From assembly GCA_965552135.1 (NCBI GenBank), contig CBEVQY010000020.1, forward strand, positions 1-50,892: a stretch of DNA of 50,892 nucleotides. Direction: 5' to 3'. Each line of letters starts with the position of its first letter. The stretch's first letter is position 1. Shown piece by piece: positions 27,144 through 36,957 of the stretch. The notes below the pieces were generated by a model that saw only the letters and a program-made list of their open reading frames with translations, had not been told where the DNA came from and made no database searches. Made by a program: the position numbers and the translations under genes. The DNA comes from an uncultured bacterium. GTDB lineage: Bacteria; UBP14; UBA6098; B30-G16.

Positions 27144-27806
27144 CTAACCTCCAAAGTAGAGCTCGAAAAGGTGCGCAAGCTGATCCCGAAGCTCCGTCAG
27201 CGTTGGGAAATACGGATCTATCTGGGCAAGCATCGAGATGAGGTCGCTGTATTCGTCGCCGAATCCCGAAAGCCAGTTGCTGAAATCGTCTTTTGCGCCT
27301 GGGGTTCGTCGTCGCGCCTCGATGAAGTGATAGAAGACGCTGCTTCGCGAAAGCTCGGGAACCGCCGCAGCAAGCTCCCTCGGATGCACAAGCCTCCTGC
27401 CGGTGTCGAAGACGACGATCTGCGAGGTTATGAAGTTGAACTGCTCGTCGACGCCGCACCACGGAACGAACTCCATCTCGTAAAGCCTTTCCTCTATAAC
27501 CTCGATGACCTCCTGCCTCAGGTCCTCGAGGTTTGGGTAGTCGACGGGATCGATGATCGCGAGCCGCTCCGCCGTCTTCGAGTCGTGGAGGGCGTGCTTC
27601 GCCCAGGCGGCGAAGTCGTTGTTGTACTCCGGGTCGTCGAAGCTTGGCCTCAAGCGCGCACCCCAAAAGTGGTAGTAGATGCTGCCCTGGTCGATCGTCA
27701 TTATCTTATCGCGCAGCTCGCGCAGGTTCTGAGCCTTCGCTCCGGTGGCAAGGGCGATAAGCGCACAGTCCTTGACCTCGAAGGGTGCAACACCCAACGC
27801 CGACAT
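27144..27806 (-). CDS. DUF5752 family protein
   Basis: Internal duplication SIYYHF..EYNNDFAAW / SVFYHF..DDFSNW; directly upstream of treT. Confidence 0.8.
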   Translation of the reverse strand: MSALGVAPFEVKDCALIALATGAKAQNLRELRDKIMTIDQGSIYYHFWGARLRPSFDDPEYNNDFAAWAKHALHDSKTAERLAIIDPVDYPNLEDLRQEVIEVIEERLYEMEFVPWCGVDEQFNFITSQIVVFDTGRRLVHPRELAAAVPELSRSSVFYHFIEARRRTPGAKDDFSNWLSGFGDEYSDLISMLAQIDPYFPTLTELRDQLAHLFELYFGG

Positions 27807-27909
27807 CGAACACCCCCGCAACAACATCCTTTTCATATAACCCCAAACACCTTCAATTTCAAATCAAAATTCTCCGCCGCAAGGCGAAGGGAATCCCAAA
27901 AGCCTCCCC

Positions 27910-27943
27910 AAAACAAAAAGAGGTCCCCAAAAGGGGACCCCTT
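27910..27943 (-). terminator. Intrinsic terminator
   Basis: GGTCCCC-TTTT-GGGGACC followed by TCTTTTTGTTTT, downstream of the 27968..31543 gene. Confidence 0.8.
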
Positions 27944-27967
27944 GCGCACCCAAGGACTTCATCCTCG

Positions 27968-30900
27968 TCACTTCACGAGGACAGCCTTCCCCGCAAGCGT
28001 GTGCCCAGCCGCCTGGAGCCTGTAAGTGTACACGCCGCTTGGGAGGTCGTTTCCGGCCTCGTCCTTGGCGTTCCAGCGCACGGAGTGCAGTCCGGGCGCA
28101 AGAACCTCGTCGACGAGCTTCGCCACAACGCGACCGGTCGGATCAAGCACCTCGAGCGTGGCGCGGCAGCGCTCAGGCAGCGAGAACGTTATCGCCGTCG
28201 ACGTGTTGAACGGGTTGGGCTTGCAGCCCAAAAGCGCCGGCATCTGCGGCTTCGGGTTGCCCTCGGCAACCTTGGTCACGGGCAAGCCAAGGTGCTCGAG
28301 GATGTGCATAAACACATTCCCCGGCGAAGCGGGATAGTCGCCCCACATGGCGCCCATGTAGATCGTCGAGAACACGGTTTGATACGTTATGTCGTCGAAG
28401 AAGACGACGCGGGTTCCGTCGCCCACGGGCGGTGGTTCAGAGGGCTGCGAGCGCAAAATAGCCTGAGCGCCCGGACGAGCCGATATCTCATCGACGTAGT
28501 GGTCCGGCCAGGTTCTGTACGAATACTGCACGTCGAACGGTTCCGAGGCGCCGAAGAACGACGGGTCGACGGTCGTGAGGTAGCGAACGTTCCCCTCCTC
28601 CATCGAATCGCCGTCGGCAACGAAGTCAACCCCCATAAGCTCAAGAAGGTGCGGGCAGAAGTCGGACATAAAGTAAGCGAAATCGGCGCCCTCGATGAAG
28701 AGCTTGCCGCCGCTTTCGACGTAGGTGATGAAGTCGAGGGTATCCCACGACGACGTAAGCACCCAGCGGTGATCGTTGCCAGTGATGAGGAAAACGTAGT
28801 CGTAGTTCAGCGTGTACGAATAGGGGTCGTAGAGCAGGAAATGCTGCAGCCACTCGTCCTGATCGCTTATGTACACGTCGGCCGGGTCGAAGTCCTCGAT
28901 GACGGAGGACATCATGTTGTACAGTGCGGCTTCCTCGGGCTCCGTTCCGGCGCTGGCGAGGGAGTCGCCGTGGTCCCAGTCGAGGATGAGTATTCGCGCA
29001 GGCGGACGGAAGTCGATCGCCCTGCCGACAACGACCTCCGAAAGCGGAGACTCACCCTCGGGATACACCGCCGTCACACCGTAGTAGTACTCGATATCAG
29101 GCTCGATGTCCCAGTCCGCATAATAGGTTGTCTCCGGGGTGGTGTACTCGTGGATGAGCTCGACGCCGGGGTCTGTGGTCGAGCTGAATTCGCTCTCCGA
29201 CCTGTAGACGCGGTAGCCCATGGGCTCCATCGCATCGAGGGCGCGGTGCAGGCCGCTTACCCTGCCGTACCTGAACCACTGCGGGTCAAACGACCTCAGG
29301 TCCCTGACCTTCCGCAGCGTTCGACCGGAAGGCACAGCAGACGCAAAGCCCCCGGAGCTTACGTGCTGCGGCAGAACCATAGTTTTCGGGTGAAGCTCGA
29401 CGACCCTGCCGCCGGACGTCCTGACGTACGCCCTGACAAGCCACACAAAGCCGCTCAGTCCACCGGCGGAGGCGTCGCTTAGCGTAAACCAGCTCCCACC
29501 TGCCTCGCACCACTGATAATCGTCGTAGGTGTCGACGCCAAGGCTGTCGACCATCGGCCAGAGCGAATCCCAGCCTTCGGCTGGCGTCACCATGACGAAG
29601 AAATCGCCGGCGACGGTGACGCCATCGTCCGAGAAGTCAAACTCAACCCAGTAGTCGGCGGGCGAGATGTAGTCGGTGGCAGTCTCGCTGCCGTAAACGG
29701 TGCTGCCAGGACCATCGCCTGCCCAGTCGGTTATGTCGCACTGAAGGTTCACGGTGCCAACATATCCGAGCTTTACCGAAACAAGCTCCATCTCAGTTTC
29801 AACCGAGAAGAGCACGCCCATGCCGGTGAACATAAAATCGGTCAGAGGCACGTAGTATCCCTCGATGTCGCCGTCGTCGTAGGCGAGCTCCTCAAGCCCC
29901 TCCTCGAGAGGCGGCTCCCACTCAACCACAATAACGCCCGCGTAGTCGTCATAGCTTGCGGTAACGTTCCTCGGCGGTAAAAGCGCGGGCGCGCTTGCGG
30001 AAAGCTCTGCCACAACCTCAACGTCCGCGTCGACGACGGTTATCGTGGTATCCAACGTGTCGAACCCCGCATGGGACGCCACAAGACCATAGGTCCCGGG
30101 CGCCACAGAGGTAAACTCGAAGTACCCTGCCGAATCGGTGGTTGTGGTGCCGACGCCGGAAAGTTCGACAGTCGTTCCGCTGTGGTCCGTCTCGCCCTCG
30201 AGGGTTATAGTGCCGTAAACGCGATAGGTCACGGGCACGAGGGCGAAGTTTATCTCGGTGTCGGTGGCGTATGAACCCACGATGGTGTCGGGGTAATACC
30301 CTTCGGCGGAGGCGGTGACGATGACAGCCTCGCCGCCGGGAACGTCCGCGATGGAGTATGTTCCGTCAGAGCCAGTGGTGTCCGAGGCGGAGCCCGAACC
30401 CCAAATCGCCTCAACAACTGCCCCCTCTATCGGGTTCCCGGTGGAGCTGTCGGTCACCGTTCCGTAAAGCTCGACGGTCACAGCGGCGGGCGTAAGGTAG
30501 AAGTCGTGCTCCACGTCGGCTCCGGAAACGACTATGGTGGCGGTATCGGCGCCGTAGCCCACAGCAGTCGCCACGAAAATATACTCGCCGTCGGGAACGT
30601 TTAGGATCTCATAATACCCGCTGTCGTCCGTGGTGGCGGCATACGTCAGCGAAACGTCGACGACCGTTGCGCCTGGGATCCCCTCAAAAGTCAACGTGTC
30701 GTAAACGAAGCCCGTTATGCTGTAGGCAGTGGTTGGAGCCGGCTCGGTGTGGAAGATGCAGCTTTCGGTCATCGAATTGCCCAGCGTGTCGGCGGCGGAA
30801 ACGACAACGTTTATATCGGCATCGTAGGGCAGGTCGTCGGAGGGGAAGTAGGCGACGTGAAAACCGCCCACAATAGGCGTTATCGTCATCCACATCGTGA

Positions 30901-31543
30901 CGTCAAAGCCGTTTACGCTGACCGATATGGTGCTTTCGTCAACGCCAGAGAGGGCATCTATTATGTCCACCGAGAGGGACTCGATGTCGACCGGAACGCT
31001 GTCGGAACCACAGGGCGGATACCAGTTTGTGGCGTAAGGCGGGGTTGTATCCGTGGGCGCAACGCCCGCAATGAACATGAAGAAGACCGTGTCGGGATAG
31101 TCCTCGAATACGTACGAGCTTATCGAGCCCATATCCACAGCGGTGGACATGTCGGCTATGGTGTCGAAATAGACGGTTCCGTAAGCCGATGGCATGGATG
31201 CCGGGTTCCAGCTAATCGTTTCGGGCTCGGACGCGGAACCGCCAACCCACTCGGCGACGAAAACCCAATAGACGCTGTCGGCGACGGCGCGAATGTCCCG
31301 ACGAAGGTGGTTGATCATAGGATACAGGGAGTCGTCGATGGGGAAGTATCCGTCGAATCCGGACCATCCGGGCGGCCAGCCCATATCTATCCCCGGGTCG
31401 AACATATCGGTTGCCGCCGGGTCGGTGCCGAAGGCGAAGGCTGTGGTGTCGCCGGAGCGGTAGAAGTAAACGGTCCACTGCCCCCAGACAAGCGCGGGAA
31501 GCAAAAGCGCCGCAAAAACGGCAACGTACACAGCTTGTCTCAT
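27968..31543 (-). CDS. Large secreted protein: Ig-like, three carboxypeptidase-regulatory-like domains, FN3, FlgD/T9SS-like C-terminal domain
   Basis: Signal peptide ending VWG-Q; three GxVxD..G.PI.GA.V...T.S.G.Y-type repeats; C-terminus KPNPFN..WNAKDEAGNDLPSGVYTYRL; GGAGG RBS. Confidence 0.85.
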   Translation of the reverse strand: MRQAVYVAVFAALLLPALVWGQWTVYFYRSGDTTAFAFGTDPAATDMFDPGIDMGWPPGWSGFDGYFPIDDSLYPMINHLRRDIRAVADSVYWVFVAEWVGGSASEPETISWNPASMPSAYGTVYFDTIADMSTAVDMGSISSYVFEDYPDTVFFMFIAGVAPTDTTPPYATNWYPPCGSDSVPVDIESLSVDIIDALSGVDESTISVSVNGFDVTMWMTITPIVGGFHVAYFPSDDLPYDADINVVVSAADTLGNSMTESCIFHTEPAPTTAYSITGFVYDTLTFEGIPGATVVDVSLTYAATTDDSGYYEILNVPDGEYIFVATAVGYGADTATIVVSGADVEHDFYLTPAAVTVELYGTVTDSSTGNPIEGAVVEAIWGSGSASDTTGSDGTYSIADVPGGEAVIVTASAEGYYPDTIVGSYATDTEINFALVPVTYRVYGTITLEGETDHSGTTVELSGVGTTTTDSAGYFEFTSVAPGTYGLVASHAGFDTLDTTITVVDADVEVVAELSASAPALLPPRNVTASYDDYAGVIVVEWEPPLEEGLEELAYDDGDIEGYYVPLTDFMFTGMGVLFSVETEMELVSVKLGYVGTVNLQCDITDWAGDGPGSTVYGSETATDYISPADYWVEFDFSDDGVTVAGDFFVMVTPAEGWDSLWPMVDSLGVDTYDDYQWCEAGGSWFTLSDASAGGLSGFVWLVRAYVRTSGGRVVELHPKTMVLPQHVSSGGFASAVPSGRTLRKVRDLRSFDPQWFRYGRVSGLHRALDAMEPMGYRVYRSESEFSSTTDPGVELIHEYTTPETTYYADWDIEPDIEYYYGVTAVYPEGESPLSEVVVGRAIDFRPPARILILDWDHGDSLASAGTEPEEAALYNMMSSVIEDFDPADVYISDQDEWLQHFLLYDPYSYTLNYDYVFLITGNDHRWVLTSSWDTLDFITYVESGGKLFIEGADFAYFMSDFCPHLLELMGVDFVADGDSMEEGNVRYLTTVDPSFFGASEPFDVQYSYRTWPDHYVDEISARPGAQAILRSQPSEPPPVGDGTRVVFFDDITYQTVFSTIYMGAMWGDYPASPGNVFMHILEHLGLPVTKVAEGNPKPQMPALLGCKPNPFNTSTAITFSLPERCRATLEVLDPTGRVVAKLVDEVLAPGLHSVRWNAKDEAGNDLPSGVYTYRLQAAGHTLAGKAVLVK

Positions 31544-31574
31544 AAAACTCCCTCCTGCTTCTTGCGTTTCAAAA

Positions 31575-31603
31575 ACTATACCCCCCGCGGCGCCAAGCGT
31601 CAA
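31575..31603 (-). promoter_or_regulatory. Putative sigma70 promoter
   Basis: TTGACG-17 nt-TATAGT overlapping the cysE stop. Confidence 0.6.
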
Positions 31604-32256
31604 GCGCTTTTTCTGAGTTCAGACTCGTACTCCTCAAGGTGTTTGTTTATAGTGTTTATTTGTTTTTCGAGCTGTCGAAGCATTTCCACGACGGGGTCGG
31701 GCAGGTTGCCGTGGTCGAGGATCGTCTCCCTGCGGATGTGTTCGCCTTTCCGCACGATCCTGGCTGGGACGCCCACAACGGTACAGTCCGGCGGCACAGA
31801 GCGCACCACAACCGACCCCGCGCCAATGCGAACGCGATCACCTATCGTGATGTTGCCCAGAATCTTCGCCCCAGCGCCAACGACCACGCCGTTGCCGAGA
31901 GTTGGGTGGCGCTTGCCCTTCTCCTTGCCTGTGCCGCCCAGGGTGACGCCCTGATACAACAGGCAGTCGTCGCCCACAACAGCCGTCTCGCCGATGACGA
32001 CCCCAGCCCCGTGGTCGATGAAAAACCTCCGACCTATCTTCGCGCCGGGGTGTATCTCCACGCCGTTGAGGAAACGACTCACCTCCGAGATCATCCGCGC
32101 CAGAAGCCGAAACCCCTTCCTCCAGAGCCAGTGCGCCACGCGGTGCATCCAGATCGCCCTAAGCCCGGGGTAGCAGGTAAGCACCTCGAGGGTCGATCTT
32201 GCCGCGGGGTCGCGCTCGAAAACGGTCCTTATGTCCTCGCGAATCGTCTTAAACAC
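31600..32256 (-). CDS. cysE: Serine O-acetyltransferase
   Basis: [46 protein letters not shown]; hexapeptide repeats. Confidence 0.96.
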   Translation of the reverse strand: MFKTIREDIRTVFERDPAARSTLEVLTCYPGLRAIWMHRVAHWLWRKGFRLLARMISEVSRFLNGVEIHPGAKIGRRFFIDHGAGVVIGETAVVGDDCLLYQGVTLGGTGKEKGKRHPTLGNGVVVGAGAKILGNITIGDRVRIGAGSVVVRSVPPDCTVVGVPARIVRKGEHIRRETILDHGNLPDPVVEMLRQLEKQINTINKHLEEYESELRKSA

Positions 32257-32260
32257 CCAA

Positions 32261-32941
32261 TCACCTCCTCCTCGCCAGAATGAGCAGCCTGATGAGATTC
32301 AGCACAGCCATTGCGGCAGCGGCAACGTATGTCATCGCCGCTGCGGTGAGAACCTCCTTCGCACCCTCAACCTCCTCCGGAAGCAGGAGCCCCGTTTGGC
32401 GCAGGATCGATATCGCGCGGCGCGAGGCATCGAACTCAACGGGGAGGGTGATCACGTGGAACGCAACGACCCCAGCGAAAAGCAGAATCCCAAGCTTAAC
32501 GAGCGCAGGCACAGAGAACACAAGCCCAACGATAAAAAGCGGGAAAGCCAGGTGGCTGCCGAAGGAGACGACCGGAACTATGGCGTTTCGGATGGCGAGG
32601 GGGAAGTATCCTTCGGCGTGCTGTATTGCGTGTCCGCATTCGTGTGCGGCAACGCCAACAGCGGCAACCGACGGCGAATCATATACAGCATCCGACAGGC
32701 GAAGAACGCGCGTTCGGGGATCGTAGTGGTCCGTAAGCGCGCCGGGGATCCGCTGGATATCCACCGAAATGCCGTAGGTCCTCAGTATAGCTTCCGCCGC
32801 AGCCGCCCCGGTCAAGCCCTTCGCCGTGCGTACCTCCGACCACTCAGAATATGTCGACCTCACCTTCGCCTGCGCCCAAAGCGCAAGCAAAAGCGCAGGA
32901 ATCAATATCACAAACGTCGGATCGAATATGAAAAACGGCAT
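32261..32941 (-). CDS. Membrane zinc metallopeptidase (YugP-like)
   Basis: [19 protein letters not shown] (HExxH), [21 protein letters not shown]. Confidence 0.92.
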   Translation of the reverse strand: MPFFIFDPTFVILIPALLLALWAQAKVRSTYSEWSEVRTAKGLTGAAAAEAILRTYGISVDIQRIPGALTDHYDPRTRVLRLSDAVYDSPSVAAVGVAAHECGHAIQHAEGYFPLAIRNAIVPVVSFGSHLAFPLFIVGLVFSVPALVKLGILLFAGVVAFHVITLPVEFDASRRAISILRQTGLLLPEEVEGAKEVLTAAAMTYVAAAAMAVLNLIRLLILARRR

Positions 32942-32953
32942 AGCCACACCTCC

Positions 32954-34756
32954 TCACCTCTTATCCTCCGCTTCGATTATCTTAAACGTCACCCTTCTGT
33001 TGAGGGCGCGTCCTTCTTCCGTGCCGTTGTCGGCTATGGGCTGCGACTCACCGTAGCCAACGGCTACTATCCTTGTGGAGTCTACACCATGCTCAACAAG
33101 CCAGCGCGCCACAGCCTCGGCTCGCGCCTGCGAAAGCCTTTGGTTGTACTCCTGCGTACCTATCGAGTCGGTGTGACCGGCTATCTCGACCTTTATGTCG
33201 GGGTTGTCCTGCAGCACCCTAAGCACACGCCTAAGCTCGCCGATGCTTTCGGGCTTAAGCTCGGTGCTGTCGAAGCCAAAGAAGATGTTTTTGAGAACGA
33301 TCTCAGAGCCAACTTTAACGGGCTCAAGCTTTATGTCCCTGCGGATCGTCTCGAACGCCTCGGCATCGGTCAGGTCGATGTGGTCCGAGTAGAAGAGGAA
33401 CCCCTTTTTCTGTATGCTGAAGCCTTACTTTTCCCCTACAGGCAGGACTATGGAGTAATATCCGGTTTTGGGATTGCTCGTTGCGACGCCGAGGTTTTTG
33501 CCATCCGAGAGGCGCTCGTACCTTATATCGGCGGCGATGGGGTTTCCGTCGGAGTCGGTGACGGTCCCCTCGACCGTGACGACGGGCTTAGGACGCACCT
33601 CCTTCGGAAGCCTTACGCGGAATATATCCGTTCCGCCCAACGAGCCCATGCCCGACGACACAAAGTAGACGTAGTCGCCCGTTGCGGGGATTGTGTAGTA
33701 TGCGTCCCAGCCGACGGTGTTGAGCTCCTTGCCGAGGTTTTTGGGTATGGTCCAGTTTGTCCAAGTGCTGTCGAGGCGCCTTGCGACGAACATATCGGCA
33801 CCGCCAAGCGACGGATGCCCCTCCGAGGAGAAGTAAAGGGTCACGCCATCCGATGCCAGAAACGGCGTGCCGTCGGTGGCGGGAGTATTTATCACCGGAC
33901 CGAGGTTCTTGGGCTCGGTGAACGTGCCGTCCTCGCGCCTGAAACAAACGTAAAGGTCAAGGTCGCCGTACGAGTCGTCCCGCTCGAGGGCGAGGATGAG
34001 CGTCTTGCCGTCCGACGCAAGACAGGCGCTTGTGTATTTGTTCTTGTTGTAGTAGTTGTCGATCTCGATGGGCTCGGGGAACGACCACCTGTCGCCGAGG
34101 TTGTGGGAGAGGGAGTACCCGCTCTCCTTAGCACAGTTGGGTTTATAGATTCCGTTCAGAAGCACTGTGTTGCCGTCGGGGAGGACGGAGAGGATCCCGT
34201 CGGAGTAGTCGGTGTTGAGGGGTGGACCTATCGGCTTGCGTTCCTGCCACGTCCCGTCGGGACCAAGCTCCGAGTAGTATATGTCCTGCTGCCCGTCTTT
34301 ATCGACGATGAAGTAGAGGGTTTTGCCGTTTGGCGCAATGACGGGCATGATCTCGCCGTATTTGGAGTTCACCGTTGGCGGCAGATGTTCCGGCTTAAGC
34401 CCCTTTTCGGGCTCGCTCACTATCTTTTTGAGCTCGCGCCACCTCGCCGACTTTCTGCGGTCGTTGCGCTCAAGCCAGCCATACGCCTTCGCTGCGTCGT
34501 CCCAGCGCTTGAGGGCGGTGTAGCACATGGCAAGGTAGGGCAAGGTCTTCAGAGAATCGGCTTTGTTCGCCCGCCGCCTGCTCAGAAAGCGCTCCATCCG
34601 AGAAGCCGCATCGTCGTACCTGCCCTCATCCATAAGCCTCAGGATCTCCTTTGCGCCACCGAACCTCGGGCGCTCTCGCCTAAAGCGCCTCGGATGACGC
34701 CACTGACCAAAGCAAACGCCTACCAAAACCAACGCGATGATGATCCGCCTCGTCAT
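32954..34756 (-). pseudogene. PorE-like TPR/PD40/OmpA protein interrupted by an in-frame TAA at 33425-33427
   Basis: TPR-like region and PD40 repeats (NLGPVINT..DGTPFLASDG.TLYFSS). After GEK-TAA the same frame continues GFSIQKKGF..KNIFFGFD..VEIAGHTDSIG..YNQRLSQARA..NRRV (OmpA_C). 601 codons in total. Confidence 0.85.
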
Positions 34757-35805
34757 AAGCCGCTTCCCCCCGAGCTTGGCTGGAAGTTTTCTGCCTCTTC
34801 TATTATGGCTGCGACGAGCCTCACAGCCGCCTCGATGTCGGACTTTCTGACTATCCCCTGCGGGCTGTGGATGTATCGCACGGGTAGCGAAAGCACCGTA
34901 GCTTTAGCTCCGCGCGCTGTCGTTTGGACCACGGCTGCGTTGGTGGCGCCAAAGCGCTTAACGACGACCTGATGCGGTATCCCGCGGCGCCTCGCAAGAT
35001 CACGGACGAAAAACGACCACTCCCTATCGGTTATGCTGCAGCGGTCGGAGAGTCGTATCTCGGGACCCATACCCTGTCGTGCGAGCCTTTTTTGTTCGGG
35101 CGCGCCGGGGACGTCGTTGGCAAGCGTCCCCTCGACGGATACGGCAAGCTCCGGCTGCACCGAAAACGCAGCAGGACCCGCTCCACGCAAGCCGCCCTCC
35201 TCCTGGACAATCCCCGCAAGATAGAGGTCGCAGCCGAGCCTCTTTGCCGCACGTGCACCCTCGAGCATCACGAAAAGACCAACGCGGTCGTCGAACGCTT
35301 TGCCTATGAAGGCGTCCTCCGTTTCGACGCACTCCCTGTCGAAGGAAACGAGGTCGCCCACCTGAACGAGCTCGTGGACCTTTTTGGGCTCAAGCCCGAG
35401 GTCGATGAAGCAATCTTCGATGCTCGGCACCTTCTCGCGCGCCTTGGGGTCATCGCGCGTGAGGTGCGGCGGCACGCTGCCTACAACGCCCCAAAGCCGC
35501 CTCCGACCCCAAACCACAACTCGCTGCGCGTAAAAAACCCTCGGATCAACGCTGCCAAGGGGAACAACGTAAACAAAACCCTCGTCGTCTATGTGGCTCA
35601 CCATAAAGCCCACCTCGTCCATGTGGGCGTCGAGCATAAGCTTTGGGCCGCTGCCGGGAACGTGAGCTATTATGTTCCCCATGGCATCTGTGGAGATTTC
35701 GTCCGTAAGCTCTTTGAGCTTTTCGCGCACGATCTCCCGAACCGCGCCCTCGCCCCCGGGAAGCCCCACAGCGTTGGAAAGCTCAACGAGCAAAGACCAA
35801 TCCAT
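34753..35805 (-). CDS. M42 family metallopeptidase
   Basis: DAHMDEVG, KAFDDRVG, QEEGGLRGA, RYIHSP; GGAGGTG RBS before ATG 35805. Confidence 0.92.
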   Translation of the reverse strand: MDWSLLVELSNAVGLPGGEGAVREIVREKLKELTDEISTDAMGNIIAHVPGSGPKLMLDAHMDEVGFMVSHIDDEGFVYVVPLGSVDPRVFYAQRVVVWGRRRLWGVVGSVPPHLTRDDPKAREKVPSIEDCFIDLGLEPKKVHELVQVGDLVSFDRECVETEDAFIGKAFDDRVGLFVMLEGARAAKRLGCDLYLAGIVQEEGGLRGAGPAAFSVQPELAVSVEGTLANDVPGAPEQKRLARQGMGPEIRLSDRCSITDREWSFFVRDLARRRGIPHQVVVKRFGATNAAVVQTTARGAKATVLSLPVRYIHSPQGIVRKSDIEAAVRLVAAIIEEAENFQPSSGGSGL

Positions 35806-35832
35806 TTCGCACCTCCGCAAAGACCTCCCGTT

Positions 35833-35860
35833 AAAATAGCCATACCAAAGCGCTTTTCAA
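35833..35860 (-). promoter_or_regulatory. Putative sigma70 promoter
   Basis: TTGAAA-16 nt-TATTTT upstream of the M42 gene. Confidence 0.35.
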
Positions 35861-35869
35861 GCCAAATCG

Positions 35870-36793
35870 CTAAAACCTCTCGCCGAAGATATAAAGGATT
35901 ATAGCCTTTTGGATGTGCAGTCTGTTTTCCGCCTGCTCGAAGACGACGGAGTGCGGTCCGTCTATGACCTCGTCGGTTATCTCCCGTCCGCGCTCGGCGG
36001 GGAGGCAGTGCATAACTATGACGTCGTCCTTTGCGTGTGAGAGGAGCTCTTTGTTGACCTGGAACGGTCGCATCTTCTCCTCGCGCTCGGCAAGCTTCTC
36101 CTTCTCGCCCATCGACGCCCAGACGTCGGTGTACACGACGTCGGCGTCCCGCACCGCCTCGACGGGGTCGTCGGTTATCGTTATCTTCGAAAGACCCGCC
36201 TCCCTTGCAGCAGAAAGGATCTCCTCGTTCGGCTGCCGCTGGGGGATCGTGCCTATCCTCAGGTCGATGGATATCCGGCTTGCCATGTTGACCCACGAGT
36301 TGGCGATGTTGTTGCCGCCGTCGCCGACAAAGGCGATGGAGAGGTTGTCGAGGCGGTTTTTGTGCTCCATTATCGTGAAAATATCGCCCATGATCTGGCA
36401 GGGGTGTAGAAGATCAGTCAGGGCGTTTATGACGGGGACCTCGGAGTGCCTGGCGAATTCAACTATCTCCGAATGCTCGAACGTCCTTATCACGATGAGG
36501 TCGAAATACCTCGACATGACCTTTGCGACGTCGTGCACGCTCTCCCTCTTGCCAAGTCCAACCTCCTGCTCGCTGAAGAAAAGCGTTTGCCCGCCAAGCT
36601 GCCTTATGCCCGTCTCGAAGCTCGCCCTCGTCCTGAGCGAAGGCTTCCTGAACAATAGCGCAGCATACTTGCCCTTAAGCACCGGAGGATCATCCCCCCA
36701 CCTGTGCATCTGCTTTACGACCTTCGCTATCGTCAAAACCTCCTTGATCTCCCTCGACGAGAAGTCGGTCACGGCAAGAAAATCCCTCTTCAT
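35870..36793 (-). CDS. argF: Ornithine carbamoyltransferase
   Basis: PSLRT, HPCQ, DVWASMG, HCLP, QAENR; GAGGAGG RBS before ATG 36793. Confidence 0.93.
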   Translation of the reverse strand: MKRDFLAVTDFSSREIKEVLTIAKVVKQMHRWGDDPPVLKGKYAALLFRKPSLRTRASFETGIRQLGGQTLFFSEQEVGLGKRESVHDVAKVMSRYFDLIVIRTFEHSEIVEFARHSEVPVINALTDLLHPCQIMGDIFTIMEHKNRLDNLSIAFVGDGGNNIANSWVNMASRISIDLRIGTIPQRQPNEEILSAAREAGLSKITITDDPVEAVRDADVVYTDVWASMGEKEKLAEREEKMRPFQVNKELLSHAKDDVIVMHCLPAERGREITDEVIDGPHSVVFEQAENRLHIQKAIILYIFGERF

Positions 36794-36899
36794 AGAACAT
36801 CCCTCCTCGATTAAAGGAGCCCTTTTCTCTCCCAAAATTTAGTCCGTCTGCGGGCTTTGGCAAACCGTTTCAGCACTCCAGCCAATTTCGAAAAAGTCC

Positions 36900-36940
36900 T
36901 TGACATTTTAGATTCGTCTAATTTTTTACGAACAGACTAA
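36900..36940 (+). promoter_or_regulatory. -35 box and DtxR/MntR-like palindromic operator
   Basis: TTGACA at 36900 followed by TTAGA-TTCG-TCTAA (36908-36921) and a degenerate TTACGAACAGACTAA, just upstream of the TonB receptor. Confidence 0.55.
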
Positions 36941-36957
36941 CAAAAGGGAGGTGTGCG

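Noticed and set aside
23039..27666. ORF-track long versions of the permease (to 24487) and TreT (to 27666); also extended starts for rplB, rplC, rplP, rpsS, argF and the 27968 and 41206 genes
   Set aside because: The extensions overlap upstream genes or spacers; internal ATGs with RBS or stop-start coupling match family N-termini
33425..33427. TAA reassignment or alternative genetic code
   Set aside because: rplB and rpsS end at the expected positions with the same AAG-TAA-G context, so TAA is a normal stop
32231..34972. 913-aa plus-strand ORF, and similar long plus-strand ORFs (5551..7320, 9226..10776, 10602..12077, 27785..29482, 44115..45365)
   Set aside because: Antisense shadows of well-supported minus-strand genes in high-GC DNA; no recognisable motifs
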